Source: Eledone cirrhosa (taxonomy: Eukaryota). From it: DNA of 64,000 nucleotides. The position numbers and the translations under genes are program-made. How positions within the stretch are numbered: position 1 is the stretch's first letter; every line of letters starts with the position of its first letter. The stretch is taken from NCBI GenBank assembly GCA_964016885.1, contig OZ024741.1, forward strand, positions 181,970,001 through 182,034,000, read 5' to 3'. The notes under the pieces are model-generated. The model ran no database searches, was not told the DNA's origin, and worked only from the letters and a program-made list of their open reading frames with translations. Positions 1 to 30,371 of the stretch are shown in pieces.

Positions 1-16670
<16,670 letters not shown>

Positions 16671-16819
16671 CTGTAATACAGGAAAGTTTTGTGCAATTTA
16701 TGTTTACAAGCCGAAATTGCCTCAGATTTTTCATTTCCGTCAAAAAGGTACAGGAAAAAAGAGTGCTCTATGTAGGATACAGAGCTTATTAGTTATGTAA
16801 TAAACAACATAATAAACAA

Positions 16820-16876
16820 CTTTCTGACGACTGAAGACAGACATAACATCTGCCTTCAAGAAACCACTGGTAAATG
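16820..16876 (+). ncRNA. Degenerate minimal hammerhead motif
   Basis: CTGACGA c-tgaagacaga..tctgccttca-a GAAA CCACTGG TA; helix I is weak. Confidence 0.4.
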
Positions 16877-16910
16877 AAATAATTATCTTATGTTGTGTAT
16901 TATATAACTG

Positions 16911-17093
16911 GATTGGCATCATCAGTAGAGAGTCGGACGCCATGCTTTGACGCATAGAGTTACGGCCCTTGCCATTCTGAGTTTAAATGTCGCCGAGGTT
17001 AACTTTGCCTTTCATCCTTACGGGGTCGATAAAATAAAGTACCAGTAATGCACTGAGTAACTGCTGGCCTTGTGCCAAAAGTAGAAACAATTA
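16911..17093 (+). mobile_element. SINE family A
   Basis: Full head, core and tail. Confidence 0.85.
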
Positions 17094-17419
17094 TATGATA
17101 TTATATATATATATTTATTATAATATGATATATGTGGTATATATATATGTATATATTTTATATTATATATTATATATATATATTATATTATATATATATA
17201 TCATATTATATATATATATTATATTATATTATATTATATATATTATATTATATTATATATATTATATTATATTTATATATATTATATTATATTATATATA
17301 TTATATTATATTTATATATATTATATAATATATATATCATTATTATTAAAAGATCGGAGGCCATAATCAGTTGATTCAGGTTTATTTAAAACTCACTTAC
17401 ATATATTTCATATATAAAT

Positions 17420-17745
17420 GAAAACAGAAGGCCGGATTCCAAATATTCTTTTAATGTTTCACAACCCGTCTATGGCCCGCAGACTTACGTCATGAGATCA
17501 TGATTCCCTCTCGTCTGTCAGAGTGTTAACCCTGACTGGCTGACAGCCTCCGTATCAATTCTATTCTTTGTTTATATTTTGCCATAATCTAGTAATTGAT
17601 TACTTAACCTTTGCGAATTACACCTGATGGCGTCGCCACATGTCTTGTGTCACGATCTGATGAGGTAAGACTGTTGGCTATAGACATACGTATTGTGATT
17701 TTTGCAACATTTCAAGAATATATGGAATCCGGTCTTCTTTTTTAT
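17420..17745. repeat. Diverged inverted repeat (about 85-95 bp arms)
   Basis: agaaggccggattccaaatattctt versus aagaatatatggaatccggtcttct; CTGATGAG in the right arm. Confidence 0.6.
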
Positions 17746-17879
17746 TGAAGTATCTAACTCCGTTCGACATCTACGTTGGATGATACACCTGACGTCGTGT
17801 GTTTTTAGTTATGGCATCGCACACGCAACACACACATAGATACACAAACATACATACATACATACATACATACATAGAC

Positions 17880-20800
17880 AGTCAACGCGATCAGTCGCAT
17901 ATTTAGGCGTGGGAGACTATTTATTAAATTTAAGATGAATACTATCTCCGACAGTAATGCCACAACTACAGTCAGGTTGAATAACTGGTTATTCTTCTAA
18001 ATATATCTTCTGAAGACACCTTTTATTCGAATTCGTAGAGATATCCGACTAAATACATAATTCATTTCACAAGGATTTGCTACAAACAGCATGGCTGAAC
18101 ACAACATCAACAACAAAATTCAGGAAGTACCGAAGACAAATAACAAAGAAGGTAATCAAACTTTATTCAGTTGTAGCTACAGAAGAAACCGAAATTATAA
18201 ATCGCATTTCTCTTGGAGTTGCGAACTTAATAATGATTTATTTAATTGTTATAAAATGGCAAAGGACAACCTCTCCATTGGCTATATGAACAGAATGAAG
18301 CTACACTGGGACGAAATGCACCCAGAGCTAAATTATTTCACAGCAAAACAATTACGTCAACAAGCGACGTTTGTTGAACGTAAAAATAAGATAAATATTA
18401 TTAATTGTAAGTCCCCCACAACAAACATGTTATCAACAACACGTGCTACATGTCGCCATGCTACTAGACTTCCCAGCAGCCAGGTCGAACAGTGCCTTGA
18501 AACAACTATGCCTGTAAGAAACTTGACACCACCTGTACCATCTAAGTCTAACTCGAATGCTGGGGAAAACACTATCGATAATAATAATAATCGAAGAAAC
18601 TTGACACCACGTGTACCATCCGAGTCTACCTCGACTGTTGTGGAAAATACTATCGATAATGATAATAATCAAAAGTATAAACAATTGAAATTTTTCCTCA
18701 ACGAAATCTTTCAGAGAGAAATTAATTCATGTACAAATATCTCTCTTGCTGAACGTATTAAAACGACAATGTTTGATAAAAAAACAAATAATGAAATATT
18801 ACGTGTTATTGTCGAAATAGAGGATGAATATTTACGACAGATAAAAACTCCAACATTTTGGCAAATCAACACCTGTTTATATGCCTTAGCAACGACAGTG
18901 AAGCATTATCTTGGTGATAGCAGAGATATTCACAAGAACAGAACACCACCAACAATACCATCATATATAACTAAAATAGAAAAAAAGTTTGCTGACCTAC
19001 GAAAAAACATAGGATATGTGACAATGCTCCTTACATGCAAACAAACACAAAAAACCTCACTCCTCACCAACAAAGAGTGAAAAATAAAATAGAGTCGATG
19101 TTTGGTAACAGTAGAACCAGAACTCTCCAATATAAGCTGATCACCCTCAAACAAGAATTGAGAGCTGTTAGCGAAAAACGCCGATACTTGAAGAAGGTAG
19201 ATGAGAGAAAAGTGCTTAATAAAAGATTCAGACGAAACCAAACATCAGTCTATAGAGATATGAAGGGAAAAATAATAAGTGTCACTGAGGCCCCATCCCA
19301 GAAAGACATAGATTCTTATTGGAGCAAAATATGGGGTGAAAAGAAAAATTTCAACCAAGATGCAGTGTGGCTAAGAGAAATCCGAAAGAACTATTGCTCC
19401 TACACTACAACAAAAACATACGAAATAAGTGAGGGTACCCTTAACACTGTGATAGGAAAACTACGAGATAAGTAAACACCAGGAAGATACATGATTTTCG
19501 GCTACTTGTACAACAAACTGATATTCTATCGGAGGTATCTTACTGACCTCTACCAACAAGTTCTTAAGGGAGATACACTTATACCAGAATGGTTGACATT
19601 AGCACAAACATTACTGGTCCCCAAGAACAAAGACAACCACTTGGCAAAAAACTACCGACCCATTGCATGCCAGAACTTGATGTATAAGGTGTATACAGCC
19701 TGCCTGAACCTATTCCTCCAAGATCACTGTGAAAATAATAACATCATCACAGATGAACAAGTAGCTGGAAAGAAAGGGGTTTGGGGATGTGCTGAACAAC
19801 TCCTAATGAACAAAACTGCGATGTTGGAGGTGCAACAACTTAGGAGGAATATGGCTACAGTCTGGCTGGACTACGGTAAAGCTTTCGATTCTGTTCCCCA
19901 CTCTTGGATGATAGAGTAGAGGCCCTCCAACTTGCTAAAGTTCCAGACATTATGTCAGAGCCATAGAAAGGCTGTTTTCTTCTTAGGCTACTATCCTAAG
20001 ATTAAAGACAGAGAGGGAGGACTCTATTTTCACTGATAAAATAAAATATTGCAGGGGTATATTTCAAGGGGACAGTCTCTCTGTGATGTTATTCATCTTG
20101 TCATTAAACCCTTGTCCTTTTGGCTCAAGAAATGTGAGGGATACATCATTGGCTCACAGGAGGACAGAAATACGAACCTGACCCATAATTTCTTTGTGGA
20201 CGATCTGAAACTCTATGCCAAGAACATGGATGGGATGATGACAAATCTTGACCTGGTTACAACGTTCTCAAAGGATATAGGAATGGAGTTTGGCCAAGAT
20301 AAATGCTCATACATGACTGTAAAGCGAGGAAAAACAACAACTCAATATAGCAACATTGTCATTAATGGCCTAACTGTTTCACCGATATCTGATGAGGACT
20401 GCTACAGATACCTGGGGATAAATGAGAACATATCCTATAATGGTTTCTGTAATAAAGAACGCGTAACCAGAGAATACTACACCTGATTAAGAAAGATCTG
20501 CTCATCGGAACTCTCTGCGCAAAACAAAACAGTGGCTCACAATGTGTTTGCTGTGCCTGTCCTGACAGGAACGTTTGGAATACTCAATTGGACGATAGAC
20601 GAAATCCGAGCAGTTGATGTTGGAACTCGAAAAATACTAAACAACAACGGAAACTTCCACATCAACAGTGACATAGACCGCCTTTACTTGAAACGTAAGC
20701 AGGCAGGCAGAGGCCTAACATCAGTCCAGACAACATTTGAATGTCGCATCATATCTCTCCGACAACATCTACGAACCTCGAAACGTAGGAGCCCGTTTCT

Positions 20801-21985
20801 CGAGCAAGTCTATCTTCATGAAACAGATAAGATCATGAGAGTTGGGAAGGAACTCCTCGAGAGATATTCCCTGTGTGATAATCAAAAACTCACACCCAGG
20901 GAAGTCGCTCAGCAGTATCGCAGTGAATCCATGGATGAAAAACTGAATGTTTATCATTAAAAAATCATGCATGGATATGTTGCCAGGAAGCTCCAGAGTG
21001 AGAGTAATATAGATAAGGAAATGAGTCTATCTTGGACCAACAACCGCTATATTGGCTCCCACTTTGAAGGATACGCTTTTGAAATCCAAGAACAGGAGAT
21101 TAACACGAAATACCTGATTAACAAAAGGGATAGGGATGCCGGAAAAACACCTAGATGTGATAACAAGTGCAGACTCTGTAGAACTAACATGTCACCCATA
21201 TCATCAGCAGCTGTCCAAAGATGCCATCGCGGTACTATCTACCTATGTGGCATGATGTAGTGGCCAACACACTGTACAATGCAGTTCGTAAAAAAGATAG
21301 CCCCGATAATAAATACATTAAATGCTACAGCAATGTGGAAGACATCCATGTACATAATATGAAAGAGTACTGGTGGAATGATCCAGTAAAAACCACAATA
21401 AAATGCAGGCATAACAGACCAGATATTATGATATGGGATAGGGAGAAGAAAGCATGCACAGTAGTGGAAATTAGCTGCCCAGCAGATGCCAATATAATAT
21501 CAAAGATTAGTAAAAAGGAGAATATTTATGCAGAACTGATGAGAAATCTGCAGATACTCCACCCTGATTACACCTTCAGATATAAGCCTGTGATTATTGG
21601 GGCACTGGGATATGTTAGTAACTGCCTCAATACAAATCTTGAGAAGCTAGGCTTCACAGGAACAGAAAGAACACAACTAGTTAGGAAATTACAAGTACAA
21701 TCCATTAATGGAACAGTAAAAATATGGAAAACATTCCAAAAATGTTGCATCTAATAACTGCATATACACATGTACAGATGCAAAGCATATACACATGCAC
21801 ACATACAACTCAAAACATCCACATCCACACATACAATAACATCCATATCTACACATGCATGCATACATACATATCTACCTAGTTAATGTTGTGTAAATTC
21901 CAATGAGAGAGTCTTGTGTCTATGTTATAAACCGACTCTCTCTCTCTATTTGTAAAACTTTGTGAAATTATAAAACCAGAAGAAC
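17880..21985 (+). mobile_element. R4/Dong-clade non-LTR retrotransposon (RT + restriction-like endonuclease), disrupted by stops and frameshifts; coding span 18091-21754
   Basis: N-terminal WSCELNNDLFNCY..GYMNRMKLHW motif; RT motifs NYRPIAC, LDYGKAFDSVPH, GIFQGDSL, FVDDLKLY; zinc-knuckle start CRLC; RLE motif HNRPDIMIWD..VVEISCP. Confidence 0.88.
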
Positions 21986-22358
21986 ATACACTTCTTATTT
22001 TGATATATGTATTTCTGTAAGTCAACAGGCTCAAATCAACTCGTTTAATCATATTAGCTGTTATATATATTTCGGTGATAACAATTATACAACAGCTATG
22101 ACCCCATCAGACAGCTAGAATTGGAATATATATATATGAGACACGTTGGCTGAGGGCTTCTGACAGGAACGAAAAGATTGATTCATTTTAGCTTCCCGTC
22201 CCCACGTAAAATTTGTAAATCAGTAGCTAGTTGAGAGATAGAGTCCTATCGTGTGCCAGTTGCTAATAACTTTACCGTGTCAGTCGTCACAAACAGTCAT
22301 GGCCGGCATATGCTGGTCTTAGGATTCTGTCGATCGATTGGTTATTGATTAGGCGATA

Positions 22359-22468
22359 CCCGCTGATGAAGCCACATAAGCCGATTGTGCATTGTTACAT
22401 AATATATGCACACAGATGGTGCAGTGCACCTTACTGATGCAATAGTGCGGCAGAAACTCGAGTCCGGG
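22359..22468 (+). ncRNA. Type I hammerhead ribozyme motif with enlarged stem-loop II
   Basis: cccg CTGATGA a-gcc..ggc-a GAAA CTCGAG TC cggg; helix I cccg/cggg; palindromic helix III; GUC cleavage triplet. Confidence 0.65.
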
Positions 22469-23046
22469 AACCTTATAGGCACCCCCATTTTGCGTGTTGT
22501 GTTGAAGCAAATAACTTTGTGCATACTCTGGGATTGTATCTTACATTGCCCATGGAGTGGACTGAGATACAACCGGTACTGGCATTGATAAATATGCTGG
22601 GTCCGTCAACCCTTATTACATATATATAGATAGATAGATATGTATATATATATATCTTAGAAAATGTAGAAATTGCCAATGCAGAAAATAATTGTAAACA
22701 CAGACGATTGCTAAGATAATCAGATATATTGTCCATATAGACGGAAAAAAGTAGCCAGCAGACATTACGAACATTTTAACAACATGGCGCATTATGTCCT
22801 TCAGCAAAGCACTTTATTTCACTTTGCATCAGTCAGATTAGATGTCAAAAATGAAACGTGCCTGCAATTCGAACAAATGCAATACTCGTCGTCGGAAACG
22901 ACGGATGTCTATGAATAACAAACTTACACGCACATCACCCCTCCCATATATATAGGTTAGGGTGAGAGACTCGCTATCGCAATAAAAAATAATTTTTTCC
23001 TTGTGAAAAAAATATTTCTCTTCTATATTCTGTGAACTTGTCACAG

Positions 23047-23299
23047 ATATCACAGATATTAAGACAGCTGTTTCAAGATCTCCCAGCAATGTCATTCAAT
23101 CATCCGGTAGTGAGATGAAAATAGATTATAATGAACATTTGCTGGAGATGCTTATTTGCATATAGTAAAGAGAAAACATCGACTATAAATAATCATTTGC
23201 ATATTGTGCAAACTTGGCTGGCTATGATTAATTAACGTAGAGCATATTCTTTAATGCATACACCTATTATGCTTGGGGGCATTTTTTGTGCTACTGCCA

Positions 23300-23332
<33 letters not shown>

Positions 23333-23530
23333 AATATATATACAATATATATATATATATATATAAATATATATACAATATATATATATATATATAAATA
23401 TATATACAATATATATATATATAAATATATATACAATATATATATATATATATAAATATATATACAATATATATATACAATATATATATATATAAATATA
23501 TATACAATATATATATATATAAATATATAT

Positions 23531-23574
<44 letters not shown>

Positions 23575-25890
23575 TATATACAATATATATATATATAAAT
23601 ATATATACAATATATATATATATAAATATATATACAATATATATATATACTGCGTTTTTTAATTTGTTTTGCGAGAATACTTATCTGAAAACGTGTGTTG
23701 AAACAGATATTGTTATACTTTGGGAGGGTCATGCTGCCAATAAAAAACATACGCACCTGTTAGTTTTCACTTCAATTTATTATAAATTTCCTGTTGGCTG
23801 ATTGGTTGGTTCGATACTCGAATGGTTGTGTATATATTGTCAAAGCTCTTTCGTCACCTATTCTGTGACCTCCTCAGTGACTGGGTTTTCTTTTCTGTGT
23901 CTCTCCTTTATTTTGTCGTACACCATCTTGTTTTTGTATGTTGTGTCTTGTATCACACAATATACAACACACAATAAAAACCCAGTCACTGAGGATGTCA
24001 CAGAATGTGTGACGAAAGAGCTTGTAAGTAAATACGTAGTATGAAAGTGATTATACGGAGCACAAATGAAATAATGCTAGAAATAATAAGGATGACACGT
24101 GTTTCTGGAAAAAAAAAACAGAAGAAAATTGCTAAAATGCCATTAAAAATACATAATTAATATTTCAATATATCATATTCTGATGTTCGATTCAAACATT
24201 TCATGTTTATATTTCTTTATTTTTGTGTCATCGTAGAAAACTAAATCTTCAATGACACATCATTATAACAACAAAAATATCAAAATAATATGATGCATGA
24301 TAAACAACACACCGTTATTAATATGACATTAATTGCGACGTTGGATTTTATATGACTATAATGTTTAACAACATGAAAGAATGTGAAAATGCGAAAATCA
24401 AGAATTAGTGTCGAATTTTCTAAATATAACCTTCAAAGTAAAGCAAAAAAAAAAAAAAAAAAAAAAAAATAATAATAATAATAATAATAATAATGATTTC
24501 ATTTATTAGCCACAAGGGCCGACATGTAGGGGACAATACAAAGACAGGGACAGTGGGGATTTACAATAAGGTCGAGTAAAAGTGCACAATGGCAAGACTA
24601 ATTTAACAATGAAAATATAAAAATATAAAATGAACTATGCATAAATATAACAAAATAAATTCCCCGATAGGGGTGTACGACCCTGGGGTGCTTCAGGTAC
24701 CCCACCAATCCTGAACCACCCTGCGCTTCTAGGGCACCCAGGAGAGCACCCCTCTCAGACATGCGTTGAGGCTGCGACATCTCCAGATATTCTGCCTCAA
24801 TGGTGAACAGGTGTGGTCGCCGTTTATCAGACGGGCCTTTCCGCAGCTCATTTCTTTGACTGAGCTGCAGTCCTGGGTCAAGAAGAGACCGAGACTGGGT
24901 GACTGGCACCTGGAATGTTGCCAGGCACTCACTGCCCTCTACCAAGCGGGCAATGCGATCAGTGGAACTTCCACTCTCGAGTTCTATAGAGGATTAGTGG
25001 TGGACAAGTGCGATGACGCACTCGGAGAAGCTTTGGGCCTCGACGAAGTCGAACTGACCAGTCTGTACCGGAGGACTTTTGAGCCGGGGACGATGGACAA
25101 TTTCCAGGAATCCCTCGCTTGGCAGTGCTACCGGGGGGCACTGTCGGTTCTGGATAAACACTACAGGCACGGAAGTGCTGTCAGACGGACCTGCCCAAGA
25201 TGCGCACAGAACGACGAAACCGTTCTGCACGCACTTGTCCAATGTCCGTGCATTACTGACTTGTGGAGTTATGTCGAACAGCTACTGTCACGTGTGGAAC
25301 GAATCCAGTTATCGGCCGAGTCCATAGTGAAGATCGAGCCGCCACCTTCCTTAGGTCAGGAAGAGCAGGACATTTTCCTCTGTCTGGTGGCAGTTGCGAA
25401 AGAGATTATTTTGGTGGACCAGGTTGAAAGGACTAAAGACAGACACTTTTCTCTTCGGCCAATCCCTCATCAACTTCTTCAAGTTTCACCTGGAAAGGAG
25501 GGTGAGGGTGGAGAGAGAAGTGCTACCCCCCAGTACATTTGCTAAAAGGTGGGTGAATGTGGCGAGAATGGCTCGTGTGAATGGGCCTACGCTGACCATG
25601 CGCCTATAGGCTGGCTAACTTGAGGAGAGGGGTGCTCTCCTGGGTGCCCTAGAAGCGCAGGGTGGTTCAGGATTGGTGGGGTACCCGAATCACCCCAGGG
25701 TCGTCCAGCCCCTATCGGGGAATTTATTTTGTTATATTTTGCATAGTTTATTTTATATTTTATATTTTCATTGTTAAATTAGTCTTGCCATTGTGCACTT
25801 TTACTCGACCTTATTGTAAACCCCCACTGCCCTGTCTTTGTATTGTCCCCTACATGTCGGCCCTTGTGGCTAATAAATGAAATCATTATT

Positions 25891-25924
<34 letters not shown>

Positions 25925-28900
25925 GAGATCTACGTAGGAAATCATATTATCGTGAGCTCGCCAAAGGTTTGTTGTTTTCAGTTGTTTCAAATTGCCAGTA
26001 ATGGAAAATTTTTGTTGTTAAGTGTTTATAAGTCGAACGCCAAACATATCGAGGCGATCGGCACTACACTAAGAGAATACAAAGCGGTGACAGGAGCAAT
26101 GATTAACCAGGAAAAGTCGGTGGGCGAAGAGGAAGCTATTCCTGAAAGTCCGAGCGGAGGTGGCTAACGCGTACATCGCGTCCGTAATCTACTACCGCCT
26201 GACCATCGTGCCTTGTCCTAAGCCTCGCCTGATTGCGCTGGAGCGTTTGCTCTTTCGCTTTGTGTGGAAGGGACGCGCTCCGATAATCAGGCGGTCCATC
26301 TGCTTTCAACACTCGCTACGTGGAGGGCTGGGCATGCCGTGTCTGATGATGCGCAGACACGCGCTCAGGCTACGATATCTCCACCTCTTCCTCGACGGTG
26401 ATCAGGTGTGGTCACCGTTTGCTACACGCGTCTTTCCCCAGCTGGTCTCCTTGACGGAGCTGCAGTCCTGGGACAAGCGAAGACCGAGAGGAAGCGCTTG
26501 GAGACTGAAATGTCTTCAGGCGCTCACAGCCCTCGACCAATCGGGCAATGTGATCGGTAGAAACTCCACCTTGGCTTTCTATAGAGGATTAGTGGAAGGA
26601 AAGAGCAACGACGTCCTTAGGGAGACTCTAGGCGTCGTCGAAAACCAACTAGCCAATATCTTCGGGAGAATTTTCGGACCGAGGCCCATGGACAACTTCC
26701 AGAAATTTCTGGCTGACAGTGCTACCGAGGAGCCTTTCCAATTCGGGATAGACTCTACAGGCATGGATGTGCCGTCAGCCTAGCCTGTCCGAGATGCGCA
26801 CAGAGCGATGAAACCGTCCTGCACGCACACGTCCAGTGTCCGAGCATTGCTGACTTGTGGGGTTATGTCGAACACCTGCTGTCGCGTGTAAGACGGATCC
26901 GGCTATCAGCTGAGTTCATCGTGAGGATTGTCACGCCCTCTTATCTGTCTGGTGGCCATGGCGAAAGAGATACTATGGTGGACGCGTTTGAAAGGGCTGA
27001 AAACGAGCAGTTATGTCTTCGGTGATGCCCTGATTAACTTTTTCAACTCGGCACCTGTAGAGGCAGGTTTATGCCGCCTAACAGCGTCGTCGGGCGATGG
27101 ACGGACGGACTGGTTAAATTGCTAGGGGTCTGGTTCGGTCCGGACTTCTAGACGGACAAAATCTGGGAGGAGGTCACGAGCAAGGAGTTTTCTCTCACCA
27201 AGAAATGCGCCGAGAGGAAGCTATCCCTGAAAGGTCGAGCGGAGGTGGCGAATGCGTACATCGCGTCCGTCATCTACTACCACCTGACCGTCGTGCCTTG
27301 TCCTAAGCCTCACCTGACTGCACTGGAACGTTTGCTCTTTCGCTTTTTGTGGAAGGGACGTGCTCCCATGGTCAAGCGGTCCATCTGCTGTCAACACCCG
27401 CTACGCGGAGGGCTGGGAATGCCGTGGCTGATAATGCGCAGACATGCGCTCAGGCTACGGCATCTCCACCACTTCCTCGGCGATGATCAGGTGTGGTCGC
27501 TGTTTGCTAGACACATGTTTCCCCAGCTTGTCTCCTTGGCGGAGCTGCAGTCCTGGGTCAAGCGAAGATCGAGAGGAAGCGCTTGGAGACTAGAATGTCT
27601 TCACCTCTTACAGCCCTCGACCAGTCGAGCAATACAATCGCTGGAAACTCCACCTTGGCTTTCTATAGAGGATTAGTGGAAGGAAAGAGCAACGACGTCC
27701 TTGGGGAGACTCTAGGCGTCGACGAAAACCAACTAGCCAATATCTTCGGGAGAACTTTCGGGCTGGGGCCCATGGACAACTTCCAGAAATTCCTGGCCTG
27801 GCCGTGCTACCGAGGAGCCTTGCCAGTTCGGGATATACTCTACAGACATGGAAGTGCCGTCAGCCGATCCTGTCTGAGATGCGCACCGTCCCATGAAACC
27901 GTCCTGCACGCATTCGTCCAGTGTCCGAGAATTGCTGATTTGTGGGTTTATGCCGAACACCAGCTGTCACGTATAGAACGGATCCGGCTATCAGCTGAGA
28001 CCATCCTGAATATTGCCCCACCGCCTTCCTTTAGCTGAGAAGGGCAGGCAGTTTTTATCTACCTGGTGGCCATGGTAAAAGAGATTTATGGTGGACACGT
28101 CTGACGCCCTCATTAACTTTTTCAGGTTTCACCTGAAGAGGAAAATTCAGCGTGGAGAGGGAAGTGCTGACCTCCAACCAGTTTGTTGAAAGGTGGGTGA
28201 GAGAGGCAAGAATGGCCCGTGTGAATTGGTCTACCTTTAGCGTGTGCCTGTAACATTGTGGGAGGAAAACTGGAAGAGGGCATTTGCCCTAGCGGTCAGG
28301 GTAACCATGGCTTTTCTTGTGGGCTTTCTCCACGAGCAACCAAAAGCGGTCTCCCCCCCCCCCCCCACACACACACACTATTGGGAATTTTTCATTGTTT
28401 ACCTTTATCACACTCTGTTTTTGTTTGTTTTATTTTCACGCAAAAATGCCCATTTGTAATGTCCTGTGTTGTCCTTAATGTTATACTTTGTGTCAACCCT
28501 CTCTTAGTTTTCCCCACTCCTCAGTCTACAGGAGCATACTCAGAGCGGGCCCGTTCACTCGGACCAGACACGCCACTTTCACCCACCTTTCAACAAGCTT
28601 ACTAGAAGACAGCATTTGCCTCTCCACCCTGATTTTCCTCTTCAAGTGAAACTTGAAAAAGTTAATCAGGGATTGGCCGAAGAGGAAAAATGTCCGTCTT
28701 CAACCCTTTCAACCTTGTCCACCACACAATCCCTTTCGCCATGGCCACCAGGCAGATGAAAACTGCCTGCCATTGCTGTCTTTGTTCACGTTGTTTGCGG
28801 TGGTGTTTGTTGTGTCAATTTCTGTGTTCGCCGTAACCCTCCTCTCAACCTTTACGCGGTTGTCACACGACAGCAGACATATCGCTTTGCTCAGCCATGT

Positions 28901-29874
28901 TTTTTTTGATCATTTTTGAAAGTAGAATGTTCAAATATTTGAGCCAAAAGCTCCAAATATCATACTTTCTTCTTCACAGAGCAAAATCCAAGGGCTTATG
29001 TCCCTTACACAATAACAAAAATTTAACAATAAATAATTTGTGACGGGTAAATAAAGCGACTTACTGGGAGCGACCAAAAAGACGTCCGATCAGACCAATA
29101 ATAATAATAATAAATAAATAAATAAATAAATAAATAGAATAAAAAGAAATTCTTACGATGAGAGAAATAGTATTAAAGATAACAAAATTAATATAGGAAT
29201 ATAGTTAATAAAACAGCTTGTAATTATAGCAAGTGTTTAGAATGTATAACGCTTTAATAATTCCGACAATCAATGCCACTACTTCCCTCTGGATTAGTAT
29301 TTTATTTATAAACCTCGAAATGATTAAAGGGAAAGTTTGAAAAGTAATGTTGACCTCACTGAGATTTGAACTCACAGTGTAGTGAGCCAGAACAAATACT
29401 GTAAAACATTAAATCCTACGCATTTAATAACTCTGCCAATTCACGACCTTTCCCTGACTAAAAAAAAAAGAAAAATACAAAACAAAAAGATTGTGAGATT
29501 CCAATTTTCTTTATACCTCTTCTATATTTACAGATATAAGGTGAATAGAAATTCTTTCCGTTAACAGAATATTGCTTCATATAAATCCTTTCCATCGATT
29601 ATATCCCCCGCTCTTATTTCTCTGCAAAATTATTCGATTTTTGTTTGTTTTTTTGCAAATGCATCAGATATTCTGGTAGACCTCCTGATATAGATCGTTA
29701 TGTAATTTTAGACACGCATTGAATAGAAATCAACGTCCATAAATTGGTGAAGGATATTGACAAAACAAAATGTTACTAGTGATTTCTAATATTCGTAATA
29801 CCAGTGAAATGATATATAGAAAAAAAGTAGATTGTATAAAAAAGTAGATTGTATAAGTTATGGATGTATAACAG

Positions 29875-29947
<73 letters not shown>

Positions 29948-29990
29948 GATCGAATTTCCCAACTTGTATATTTCGATCGAACAGTTTTCA

Positions 29991-30029
<39 letters not shown>

Positions 30030-30254
30030 AATTGAAAACTGTTCGATCGAAATATACAAGTTGGGAAATTCGATCATTCTACCTGATTTGTTGTTCCTAT
30101 ACAGATCTCTATCAATTCAACTATTGTAATATCAGTCAAGAAGCATTAGATATGAGAACATCGATCTGCCTACCCTTTGTCATATAAATAAACGTCAGTG
30201 GAATTTTACACAAAGTAGGGGTATCTGTTGAAGATTTCTTGCATTAAGGTGTGC

Positions 30255-30308
<54 letters not shown>

Positions 30309-30327
30309 CTTCCTTGTACACCCCTCC

Positions 30328-30371
<44 letters not shown>

